DNA from: Euryarchaeota archaeon RBG_13_57_23
GTDB lineage: Archaea > Thermoplasmatota > Thermoplasmata > UBA10834
Reading direction: 5' to 3'
Assembly (NCBI GenBank): GCA_001800675.1
Contig: MGVW01000035.1
Location: 6,731 to 70,730 of the forward strand
DNA: 64,000 nt
Shown here: in pieces, positions 16,472 to 24,881 of the stretch
Layout of the letters: each line of letters opens with the position of its first letter
Numbering within the stretch: position 1 is the stretch's first letter
Program-made: the position numbers and the translations under genes
Notes under the pieces: model-generated
Seen by the model: the letters and a program-made list of their open reading frames with translations, nothing else
The model's database searches: none
Told to the model about the DNA's origin: nothing

Positions 16472-17134
16472 CCTCTCCCTGAGCAGCCTCTCGACTTCTC
16501 GGAAAGGCCCCTTGCCGTCTTCGCTATTGTCGACGGTCACCCATTCGCTAGATGCGAGCTGTTGGGCGACCTTCCGCATGGCTTCGAGTTTGTCAAGAGT
16601 CTCGAACATCTCATGGGCAAGACCCCTGGCAGCGATCCTTCTCATAGCCACTTTCGGTTCGATATCGATGAACAACGCGAGGTCGGGGAATGGGAGGTAC
16701 TTCCTGAAGAATCTGTATCCAAAGGGAGCAAGGTGCCTCGGGAGATACGCCGTTCCCATCAGGTATCTCACGAAGATCACGGTCTCTCCCTCGACGCCCT
16801 TGAGCCACCTCACGGACCAGAGTATGTCCGCTGTGAAAAACAGAGTGGCAAAAAACCTCGCGACCGACCCCGTGCCTCTGAGGAATCTCTTGGACATGCG
16901 ACCGAAGAATCGTTTCGACGGATGGGAGACGAGGATGACTCTGGTTCCCTCCGATTCGAGCAGGGTCCGAATCCTTTCTGCGTGAGTATCCTTGCCAGAG
17001 CCGTCCAGCCCATCCACAACAATGAGCCTCAGCGCTAAACCCCCAATCCGTGTAAGAACGCAGCGACCACCAACGGGATTACTAGGTTGTCCACGGACCC
17101 TGGGGTCACTGCTTCCAGGCAAGCTATGAAACAT
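16448..17134 (-). CDS. Thymidylate kinase-like P-loop kinase
   Basis: P-loop LIVVDGLDGSGKDT. The only ATG/TTG starts lie about 90-100 nt inside the 3' end of the upstream gene, so the start is uncertain. Confidence 0.55.
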   Translation of the reverse strand: MFHSLPGSSDPRVRGQPSNPVGGRCVLTRIGGLALRLIVVDGLDGSGKDTHAERIRTLLESEGTRVILVSHPSKRFFGRMSKRFLRGTGSVARFFATLFFTADILWSVRWLKGVEGETVIFVRYLMGTAYLPRHLAPFGYRFFRKYLPFPDLALFIDIEPKVAMRRIAARGLAHEMFETLDKLEAMRKVAQQLASSEWVTVDNSEDGKGPFREVERLLRERSMLRPAV

Positions 17135-17727
17135 GAGATCGAAACCGCGAAAAGGGTCGGAGCGTATGGCACTGTCCCACCCGGGTACGCTATCAGGTCG
17201 AAGTAGAACCAGAGCAGGACTAGGATGCCAAGCAGAGTGGCGGCGAATACAGCTGCTGTGCCCTCGAGGCTTCTATTGGAGTAGTAGTGGTGTTTGCCGT
17301 ATTTCCTTCCGATGAGCTCCCCCATTCCATCTCCGAACGACATGGCGGCTATCGCGACTGAGGCCGCAAAGAGGTCGTCGAACAGCATGTACGCTATAAT
17401 CGTCCACGAGATTGCGTACATCACGAGGCCATACGGATGTCCTTCTGACGACCTTGTTCCCAGTGGGCCCTGGCGCAGGAACTTGATGGGTGATCTGGGA
17501 GTTGCGAGCAGGAGCAAGGGCACGAAAGGAAAGGCGGCCAGACCTGCCATAACCAGTCGAGTGTCGAAACTCCACCAAAAGAACACGATCCCGCCTGTCA
17601 GGATGTGCACGAGCTTGCGGGGGTTACCGACACGGTCCTTCAGCACGTAGGAGAGTGCCACGACCGAGAGCACATACCCGTAGACCCCAACCAATCCTAG
17701 GATGTCGCCTTCCGTCAACAGGTCCAC
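17035..17727 (-). CDS. Polytopic membrane protein of the dolichol/polyprenol kinase and CdsA-like cytidylyltransferase family
   Basis: 230 aa and multi-TM. The motif SFGDGMGELIGRKYGKH is typical of CTP-dependent polyprenol kinases and CdsA relatives. Confidence 0.55.
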   Translation of the reverse strand: MDLLTEGDILGLVGVYGYVLSVVALSYVLKDRVGNPRKLVHILTGGIVFFWWSFDTRLVMAGLAAFPFVPLLLLATPRSPIKFLRQGPLGTRSSEGHPYGLVMYAISWTIIAYMLFDDLFAASVAIAAMSFGDGMGELIGRKYGKHHYYSNRSLEGTAAVFAATLLGILVLLWFYFDLIAYPGGTVPYAPTLFAVSISCFIACLEAVTPGSVDNLVIPLVVAAFLHGLGV

Positions 17728-17784
17728 GCTGACGGATTATCCTCAGTGCTAGCTTATACTTTTGCAGATAGCGGGGCTGTCGGG

Positions 17785-19065
17785 CTATGCGGAACCGCGC
17801 TTTCGCTTCAGCTCTTCTATGACCTCTTGGGCCCTGTCCATCCTGATCTTCTTCTCTGCGATGATGATCTCTGTGACTTCTTCGACGAGTTCGGGAGGAC
17901 AACCGACGCTCGCGACTATGTTCCGGGCGTGAAGAGCCATGTGACCCTTTTGGATTCCCACGGTCGCCAATGCTCTCAGCGCTGCGAAGTTCTGAGCCAG
18001 GCCCACAGCCGCAGCGACCTCTCCAAGCTCCTGAGCGGTCTTGACCCCCAGCAGCTTGACGCACGCCTTTGCAGTGGGGTGGACCTTGGTCGCACCGCCC
18101 ACTAGTCCAACAGCCATAGGCAACTCGATAGTCCCTGCGAGGTCTCCCTCCGGGGTCTTCTCAAATATGGTCAGAGGTTTGTACATCCCTGACCGGGCCG
18201 CATACGAGTGAGCTCCCGCCTCGATCGCCCTCCAGTCGTTTCCGGTGGCTATCACGACTGAGTCGATGCCGTTCATTATGCCCTTGTTGTGAGTCGCGCA
18301 TCGGTAAGGATCAGCCTCTGCGAACAGATAGGCCCCGATGACTCCATCCACCACGCTTTCCCCGCCGATGGCCTCCTTGGGCCATAGCGCACGCGCGCGC
18401 GCCAGTCTGTTAGAGGCGAGGTTGGACAGAATCCTGAGATTGACCTTCCCTCCGGATATGCTCTCAATGACCGGAGCGACCGCTTCGGCCATCGTATTGA
18501 CTGCGTTGGCTCCCATCGCGTCTCGTACATCAATGTGAAGGTGCACCACCACAATGTGCTCTTTCAGGGTTTGGATCACTCGGACTGCGAGGTCCTTCGC
18601 GCCCCCTCCGAGCTTCACCAGCATCGGGTCCTGTTTGTTGGCGAGATCGATTATCTCGTCCTTGTGCTCCAAGAGCAGATGTTTCACCCTGCTGGGATCC
18701 CTGATGTTCGTGAGTTGTATCTGTCCGATCATGATGGGAGCCGTGCTACTCGTGTGGAATCCCCCGGCGTCTCTGGCCATCTTGGCCGCATTCGACGCAG
18801 CGGCCACGACTGACGGTTCTTCGATTGCCATGGGAACGAGGTAGTCCTTCCCGTTGATCAGGAAGTTCGTCGCGATGCCTAGCGGAAGCTGGAACGACCC
18901 AACGGCGTTCTCGATCATCTTGTCGGGTATGGACGGGTCCATCCCTCCGAAGCCGGCGAGCGCCATCACTTCCTCGTCTGTGAGCGCCGCGAACTCCTTG
19001 ACTATCCTCAGCCTCTCCGCCATGCCCAGTTTGTAGAACCCTTCGATCCTGGAGGTCTTTTCCAT
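17785..19065 (-). CDS. hmgA: HMG-CoA reductase, class II
   Basis: Class II signatures ENAVGSFQLPLG, EEPSVVAAASNAAK and DAMGANAVN. The internal ATG (MEKTSRIEGFYKL) is preferred over the ORF-track start at 19134. Confidence 0.9.
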   Translation of the reverse strand: MEKTSRIEGFYKLGMAERLRIVKEFAALTDEEVMALAGFGGMDPSIPDKMIENAVGSFQLPLGIATNFLINGKDYLVPMAIEEPSVVAAASNAAKMARDAGGFHTSSTAPIMIGQIQLTNIRDPSRVKHLLLEHKDEIIDLANKQDPMLVKLGGGAKDLAVRVIQTLKEHIVVVHLHIDVRDAMGANAVNTMAEAVAPVIESISGGKVNLRILSNLASNRLARARALWPKEAIGGESVVDGVIGAYLFAEADPYRCATHNKGIMNGIDSVVIATGNDWRAIEAGAHSYAARSGMYKPLTIFEKTPEGDLAGTIELPMAVGLVGGATKVHPTAKACVKLLGVKTAQELGEVAAAVGLAQNFAALRALATVGIQKGHMALHARNIVASVGCPPELVEEVTEIIIAEKKIRMDRAQEVIEELKRKRGSA

Positions 19066-19214
19066 GTCCACACCGGTCGCGTACGGACAACCCATTCGCG
19101 CTTTCTTAATCCTTTTGGAGGGGGCGTTCGGCATTCACCGTCAGCGTGCGCTGCCAGGCATTGACATCGGCATACGGAAAAGGATATATTCGGACTCGCG
19201 ACTGGAGGAACGAT

Positions 19215-20159
19215 ATGGTGACCTGTTCTGCCCCTGGCAAGATGATACTCTTCGGAGAGCATGCGGTCGTTTTTGGAAAGCCCGCGCTCGCCCTCGCCAT
19301 CAACCTCAGGATAACATCCACGGTCAAGGGCGCGAACCAGTATTCTGTCAACGGCCATCCGATGAAAAAACGTCACCACATGTACATATCCGCGGCACTG
19401 GACGAGGCATGGGGCGGCCCTCCAATCAACATTGACACCAGTTCCGAGATACCTTCAGGTTCGGGGTTGGGCTCCTCCGCTGCTGTCACGGTATCGTGCG
19501 TGGGTGCGATGATGGCGCACAGGGGCGGGCTAGAGCCTGAGAAGATCGCGCTCAAGTCCTTCCTTGTCGAGAACAAGGTTCAGGGACGCGCGAGCCCGAC
19601 GGACACCTCGACCTCCACCCATGGCCAGGGGATAATCGTCTCCCCGGAGAAGGTGGACAACTTCCTTTGGCGGATAGAGAACGGACAGAGATGCTGGAAC
19701 ATCCATCATTGCGAGGTCCCGAGGCTGCATTTCGTCGTGGGCTACACTAGAATCCACGCGTCGACGGGGCCACTCGTCGCCGGGGTCAAGAGACTGGTTG
19801 ACTCGAGCCCGGAAGCAGTCCGCGCGATCGATAGGATTGGAGAGATAGTCCTCGAGGGGGTCGACGCGATGGCCCATTCGGACAAGAAGAGACTGGGGGA
19901 GCTTATGGATGAGAATCACACGTTGCTCAATTCGATCCAGGTAGGTCACCCCGAACTGGACAGGCTCGTCGAGGCCTGCAGGCCGTTCTCGTACGGAGCC
20001 AAGCTCACTGGAGCGGGGGGCGGGGGAAGCATGATTGCCCTGACCGACAATCCCTCCGCGGTCGCGAAGGCCATCAAGGAGACGGGGAGCGAGCCGATCA
20101 TTGTCGACGTAGGGGTCGAAGGCGTCAGGCTCGAGGATGAGGGAACTACGAGGAAATGA
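19215..20159 (+). CDS. mvk: Mevalonate kinase (GHMP family)
   Basis: APGKMILFGEHAVVFG, PSGSGLGSSAA and KLTGAGGGGSM. The ATG at 19215 is preceded by GGAGG. Confidence 0.9.
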   Translation: MVTCSAPGKMILFGEHAVVFGKPALALAINLRITSTVKGANQYSVNGHPMKKRHHMYISAALDEAWGGPPINIDTSSEIPSGSGLGSSAAVTVSCVGAMMAHRGGLEPEKIALKSFLVENKVQGRASPTDTSTSTHGQGIIVSPEKVDNFLWRIENGQRCWNIHHCEVPRLHFVVGYTRIHASTGPLVAGVKRLVDSSPEAVRAIDRIGEIVLEGVDAMAHSDKKRLGELMDENHTLLNSIQVGHPELDRLVEACRPFSYGAKLTGAGGGGSMIALTDNPSAVAKAIKETGSEPIIVDVGVEGVRLEDEGTTRK

Positions 20160-20196
20160 TAAATCGCTGGAAATGATTGACCCGGATGGTGTGTAA

Positions 20197-20394
20197 TTGG
20201 TCGAGAAGGTCGCACAGCACAGACACTGTCAGAACTGCGATAAGGCGATTCCGTACAAGGATGAGTTCTGCGACGAGAAGTGCGAGAGCGAATACGAGGT
20301 GAATGTCAAGTCCAAGAAGAAGCAGCTGACCTACTTCTATGTGGTGATGGTGGTCATCTTCGTGTTGGCCATGGCCATGCTGTTCCTGGGGTGA
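20197..20394 (+). CDS. Small zinc-ribbon protein with a C-terminal TM helix (DUF2116-like)
   Basis: 65 aa with a TTG start. It carries HCQNCDKAIPYKDEFCDEKCE followed by the hydrophobic YFYVVMVVIFVLAMAMLFLG. Confidence 0.55.
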   Translation: MVEKVAQHRHCQNCDKAIPYKDEFCDEKCESEYEVNVKSKKKQLTYFYVVMVVIFVLAMAMLFLG

Positions 20395-20399
20395 ATGGG

Positions 20400-21413
20400 A
20401 TGCGGGTCGGTGTCGGCGGCACATTCAACGTGATTCACAAGGGCCACGAACTGCTTTTCGAGACCGCCTTCACGGTGGGCGACACGGTCGAGGTGGGCCT
20501 GACATCGGATGAGTTCGCGAGTTCGCAGAAGGGCGTCCCGGTCACACCTTACTTCATCCGAAAGGAGAATCTTGCCAAGTTCCTCCAAAGGTACGGCAAG
20601 CCGTTCGAGATCGTGATGATAACGGATACGAATGGGACGGCCGCGACCTCGAAGATACTGGATGCCATCGTGGTCTCTCCTGAGACGAGATCGAATGCAG
20701 ACAGGATCAATGATCTCCGTAAGAACAGCGGACTGAAAGCCCTCCAGGTGTTCGTGATTCGGGACGTCCGGGCAGACGACGCGCGAAGGATAAGCGCGTC
20801 CAGGGTTGTGCGGGGAGAGATCGACAAGGACGGGCGCCTGCTGAGGCCGATTAGGGTGGCTGTGGGAACGTCAAACAGGGTCAAGGTCGACGCTGTGACT
20901 AGAGTCTTCACCCAGGTTTTCGGGCTCGTGGAGGTGGAACAGGTCGAGCAGAAGCACTCGGTCGGCAGGCAGCCGATGGAGGAGGACACGATAACGGGCG
21001 CCATCGAGCGCGCGAGAAACGCTGTGGCTGCGAACAAGGCGGACTTTGGGGTCGGGATTGAGGCCGGTCTGTTCTTCAACAAGGTCCTGGAGAAACATCT
21101 CGATCTCCAGTACTGCGCAATCGTGGATTCCTCAGGCAGGATGACCGTTGGCCACGGCCCAGGTTTCGAATATCCACCAGAGGTCATCAGGTCAGTGCTT
21201 CAGGGAAAGACCGTAGGAGACACGATGAGCATGATAACCGAGATCGAGGAGATCGGTCACAAGATGGGTTCGATCGGCTACCTGTCAGACGGACTGATAG
21301 ACCGGACCTCACTGTCCGAGATATCGGTACTGATGGCTCTGATACCGAGAATAAGGAGTGAGTTGTACGAGGAGGACTCTCAGGCTTCTTCCTCAGCGAA
21401 GGCTTCCAAATAG
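20400..21413 (+). CDS. Fusion protein: archaeal-type phosphopantetheine adenylyltransferase (N) plus YjjX/DUF84-type inosine/xanthosine triphosphatase (C)
   Basis: The N-terminal ~148 aa read MRVGVGGTFNVIHKGHELL...ISASRVVRGEID (cytidylyltransferase HxGH). The C-terminal ~185 aa read IRVAVGTSNRVKVDAV...DFGVGIEAGL...GSIGYLSDGLIDRTS...ALIP (NTPase I-T pattern). The start at 20400 follows the stop of the preceding small gene. Confidence 0.8.
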   Translation: MRVGVGGTFNVIHKGHELLFETAFTVGDTVEVGLTSDEFASSQKGVPVTPYFIRKENLAKFLQRYGKPFEIVMITDTNGTAATSKILDAIVVSPETRSNADRINDLRKNSGLKALQVFVIRDVRADDARRISASRVVRGEIDKDGRLLRPIRVAVGTSNRVKVDAVTRVFTQVFGLVEVEQVEQKHSVGRQPMEEDTITGAIERARNAVAANKADFGVGIEAGLFFNKVLEKHLDLQYCAIVDSSGRMTVGHGPGFEYPPEVIRSVLQGKTVGDTMSMITEIEEIGHKMGSIGYLSDGLIDRTSLSEISVLMALIPRIRSELYEEDSQASSSAKASK

Positions 21414-21604
21414 TCAACTAGTGTCTCGCAGCTCTCTTTGCCCACGCATCCGAATCTGCCGTACTTCTTGCAGTAATCCCCGGTCAGTTCGTGGTGTTCG
21501 CACTTGAGTGCGTCCTGATAATGAGCGCACTGTTTCTTGATACACGCAAAACCCGAGTACGTTCCAGAGCACAGTCCATCCTTGGTGAGGTTCTTGCACT
21601 TCAC
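21380..21604 (-). CDS. Cys-rich miniprotein (8 Cys), paralog A
   Basis: 74 aa with Cys at positions 3, 12, 21, 26, 35, 45, 53 and 59. It shares the YCKKYGRFGCVGKESCET block with the upstream paralog. Confidence 0.55.
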   Translation of the reverse strand: MKCKNLTKDGLCSGTYSGFACIKKQCAHYQDALKCEHHELTGDYCKKYGRFGCVGKESCETLVDYLEAFAEEEA

Positions 21605-21608
21605 AGTA

Positions 21609-21899
21609 TCACAGCTCCTCCTTGGGTCTCATGAGCCGCTCCTGATGGATCACGAGCTGCTTTCTGTATGATTCCGGGGTAACGCAGTGCTCTCGCCCAG
21701 GACAGAAGAACCTCTGATATTTCTCGCAGTACAAGCCGAGCCATTTCTCGTGCCCGCACCCGTCCGATTCGCTACCTGGCTTCTTGAGAACGAGTATGTT
21801 CAAGCCAGAGAACTCGCACTTGTCGGCACCGATGCACTCCAGGCTGTCGACATGTTTGTTGGCGCATGCTCCGCTAAGATAGCTATACCTGCAGCTCAT
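21609..21899 (-). CDS. Cys-rich miniprotein (8 Cys), paralog B
   Basis: 96 aa with Cys at positions 3, 12, 22, 28, 48, 58, 66 and 72. The YCEKYQRFFCPGREHCVT block has the same last-four-Cys spacing (10/8/6) as paralog A. It lies 4 nt upstream of A. Confidence 0.55.
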   Translation of the reverse strand: MSCRYSYLSGACANKHVDSLECIGADKCEFSGLNILVLKKPGSESDGCGHEKWLGLYCEKYQRFFCPGREHCVTPESYRKQLVIHQERLMRPKEEL

Positions 21900-22076
21900 C
21901 CCATCCCGTGCTCTTGCGAGCGTACTGTCATGCGCGTGCGCGCAAATAAACGTATCCGGAATGTCGCTTTTTGTGATCGTTGAGTATGGAGGCTTTTTTT
22001 GACGACAAGTTTTCCTTGACGCATCAACATCATAAAGGTCTAGAAGGCCACTAGGGACTCCGACCAGAGGGAGCGC

Positions 22077-23033
22077 GTGGAAGTCAGGAGTACCTACATT
22101 TCGGTCGTGCTGATTTCTGCCCTCGTAGTTGCTTTTGAATCCGTGGCTGTAGAGGGCGCGCTGAACATCGCAGATCTCGATGTGTTCATTGTGACTGCAA
22201 TCCCTTCCATTGTGGGCGGTTTGATACTGATGTCGGCGAGGCCGTCAGGCACTGCCTCGTTCGTCAGAGGATTGGATGGAAAGGGATGGTTCTGGATGAC
22301 TGTCCTGTGCCTGTTCGTCGCGGTGGGAATCCTCTTGTGGTTTGATGCTGTGGGACGCATCGGGGCTGGGAAGGAAGCGCTCCTGGGAGGGGGATCGTCC
22401 GAGGTGCTGTTCGTAGTCCTGCTGAGCGCGATATTCCTCTCCGAGAGGCTCAGCAAGCTTGAGGCGGTCGGCGGCCTGATGGTAGTAGTCGGGGTCTTCT
22501 TGGTGTTGTTGAACACGGATGACATGTCCCTCGGCTTCGGATTCGGGGAATTGGAGGTCTTGGTCAGTTCCTTCTCTTTTGGATGCTCGATCGTGCTGAC
22601 CGCTGCATTGCTGAAGGAGCACGACCTGATTCCGCTGTCCGGGGTAGAACTCTTCTTGTCTGGGGTCATCGTGCTCTCGTTCGGTGTCGTTTTCGGGCTC
22701 ATCACTTGGCCCGGGACGAACGGCCTGCTCCTGATGGTGCTTCTGGGGCTGTTTCCATCGGTCGGTTTGCTGACGTACAACGCCGGGCTGCCGAAGATAG
22801 GAGCTCCCCTGACTTCGGTGCTGTTTGCCCTGACTGGCATTTTGACCGTATGCGCTCAGGTCCTTGTCCTGCAGTTCTTCCCGGATGCCGATTTCTTGCC
22901 TCCAGAGAACTTGGCCCTCGCGGTCACGGGGGGCGCAGTCGCGTTCCTCGGTGTGTATCTCCTGAATATCAGACCCACGGCCAAGACGCCATCGATCGAG
23001 ACGACGAAGAAGAGCGCTGAGGGGGAGATTTGA
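22077..23033 (+). CDS. EamA/DMT-superfamily transporter
   Basis: 318 aa with about 10 TM helices in two EamA-like halves. GTG start. Confidence 0.75.
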   Translation: MEVRSTYISVVLISALVVAFESVAVEGALNIADLDVFIVTAIPSIVGGLILMSARPSGTASFVRGLDGKGWFWMTVLCLFVAVGILLWFDAVGRIGAGKEALLGGGSSEVLFVVLLSAIFLSERLSKLEAVGGLMVVVGVFLVLLNTDDMSLGFGFGELEVLVSSFSFGCSIVLTAALLKEHDLIPLSGVELFLSGVIVLSFGVVFGLITWPGTNGLLLMVLLGLFPSVGLLTYNAGLPKIGAPLTSVLFALTGILTVCAQVLVLQFFPDADFLPPENLALAVTGGAVAFLGVYLLNIRPTAKTPSIETTKKSAEGEI

Positions 23034-23101
23034 ACTCCCGAGGTACGGAGTACCACCAACTCTCAAGGCTGGCGCCGTGAACCGGGCTTAGCTACCTCAG
23101 C
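23015..23101 (-). tRNA. tRNA-Ser (anticodon UGA), class II
   Basis: Acceptor GCTGAGG/CCTCAGC with discriminator G. Anticodon arm CCAGC-CTTGAGA-GTTGG. Variable-arm hairpin GGTAC-TCC-GTACC. T-arm GGGAG-TTCAAAT-CTCCC. Coordinates were anchored on flanking ORF-track frames. Confidence 0.85.
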
Positions 23102-23155
23102 AGATGGTGAACAAGATATCCGCTGATATCAGGGTTTCGGAGAACTCAGAGGTGC

Positions 23156-24823
23156 TTATGATGAAAGCGGGCTCTCGGCACGCATGGCGCGCAGTCTGTC
23201 AAGGTCCAGTTCGAACGCCACCATTGGGTATTTGAGCTCGAACGATTCTATCACGAAGGGCGATATCTCTCCCATGATACCGACTTGCCGTCCCTTGATC
23301 TCGACAGCCGCACACCTTCCACCGATGAAGCTGGGATTGGAGTGCTGGACGATGTCGAAATCGAGCCCGAGCCCTGACACCACAGACTGAACCAGCGACT
23401 TGATCTCCGTGAAACTCGCTTTTGCGTGGATGGCCACGCCCGACAACAACACACGGTTCTTGCCGTTCAGGACCACGTCGCCGACCTCGAATATCCGCTG
23501 AGGCAGCTCTCTGTGCTTGTTCCTCCTGAGAACCGTCATCAGGCTCGGGAGCAGTGAGGTCCTGACAAGCGTGTGTTCCATGCTGACGGGGTTGCGGACC
23601 CGCGTGGCGTTCTTCTCATCAGGGAGATTCATGGAGACGAACTGGTCCTTCGGATTCGACAAAGAGAGAGTGACGACCTCGAAGTAGCCTAAGCCGACCA
23701 TGATGGTCTTCACGGAGCTTCCGAATTCAAGGACCGGATCCTGGACCCCGAAGGTGGCCCTGAGCGGAAGAGAGGCGCCGAATCTCTCGAACCCGAACCC
23801 GATCGCCACGTCCTCTGCGAGGTCGACGGGATGCAGGATGTCCGTCCTGTATCTCGGGACTAGGACATCCAGTCCCGTGGTCCCCGAGCTAGCGCCATAC
23901 CCCATGCGTTTGAGGCAGTCCGCCATCTCGTCAGGGGTTAGTCTCGTCCCGATCCACTTGTTCGCGTAGGCGGCATCAAGGGACATCGTCTGAGGGCTCA
24001 GGTCTGGTGCAAGGGATTTCTGTCCGTCTTGCGTGATTCTGACCGTCTTTATCTTGCCCCCCCGCTCGGCCAGGGCCGTGGTAAGTATGTTGACCGCACC
24101 CTTCACCGCGTTCAGGTCAGTGCCTGTGCAGTCGACGAAGATGTCCGTGGTCTCTTCAGTTATCGCGGTCGTGATGCCGTTGATGATCGGAGGGAAAGAC
24201 AGGACCTCACCCTCTCTGTCGACGATTATCGGGTACCGTTTCTTGCCGTCGAGGACGAACGCGTATGCCATGCCCTTCTCGTGCTCCTTCAGGATCTCCG
24301 CTGGAGTCATCCTCCTGGAACCCTGCAAGGGAACGAATGACAGCTCGTCCGGGAGGACGGCTTTGTACGTGAACGGTGGTTTCACGGTCCTGAAGTCGTG
24401 AATCCCAATCGCCACCTTCTTCCTGTTCCTGCCATGAGTGAGATGAAGCTTCTCCTGAAGGTCCATCATCGAGCGGATGAGAGGATCGGTGATCAAGTTC
24501 CCCTCGACCAGGGCGGACCATATGTACGGCCTGACCTCGTTCACGGACGGGTCGACATTCAGGTCGACATCCGAATCGTCCACCTTATATGTCCGAAGCC
24601 CGGGCTCGTATCCGAAGAACGCTCGCACCGCCCTCGAGATCCCCTCGACTGAGAACAGATCTGGTCTGTCGGGGAAGAACTCGAAAGAGAGTTCGTCCCC
24701 GTCTTCCGGTACGGATTTCAGATCCGCGCCTATCAGAGGGAGCTTCTCGCGGAGGAGGTCTCGAGGCACTTCCCTGCCCACGAGCTCGCATAGATCCGAG
24801 TAGCTGAAATTGATGACTGGCAT
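23156..24823 (-). CDS. pheT: Phenylalanyl-tRNA synthetase beta subunit (archaeal type)
   Basis: 555 aa from the internal ATG (MPVINFSYSDLCELVG), with archaeal PheT length and B3/B4-B5 style organisation. The ORF-track extension to 24988 is unlikely. Confidence 0.85.
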   Translation of the reverse strand: MPVINFSYSDLCELVGREVPRDLLREKLPLIGADLKSVPEDGDELSFEFFPDRPDLFSVEGISRAVRAFFGYEPGLRTYKVDDSDVDLNVDPSVNEVRPYIWSALVEGNLITDPLIRSMMDLQEKLHLTHGRNRKKVAIGIHDFRTVKPPFTYKAVLPDELSFVPLQGSRRMTPAEILKEHEKGMAYAFVLDGKKRYPIIVDREGEVLSFPPIINGITTAITEETTDIFVDCTGTDLNAVKGAVNILTTALAERGGKIKTVRITQDGQKSLAPDLSPQTMSLDAAYANKWIGTRLTPDEMADCLKRMGYGASSGTTGLDVLVPRYRTDILHPVDLAEDVAIGFGFERFGASLPLRATFGVQDPVLEFGSSVKTIMVGLGYFEVVTLSLSNPKDQFVSMNLPDEKNATRVRNPVSMEHTLVRTSLLPSLMTVLRRNKHRELPQRIFEVGDVVLNGKNRVLLSGVAIHAKASFTEIKSLVQSVVSGLGLDFDIVQHSNPSFIGGRCAAVEIKGRQVGIMGEISPFVIESFELKYPMVAFELDLDRLRAMRAESPLSS

Positions 24824-24881
24824 CGTCCTTTGTTCCGTCGAATGGAATCGGTTGCGTCTATAATAAAGTTGGCCGACTCGA

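Noticed and set aside
20146-20424. A His-rich (HGHGQHEDDHHHH) 92-aa minus-strand ORF
   Set aside because: It lies antisense to the small Zn-ribbon/TM gene. The His run is the reverse-complement reading of the GTG/ATG-rich hydrophobic-helix codons.
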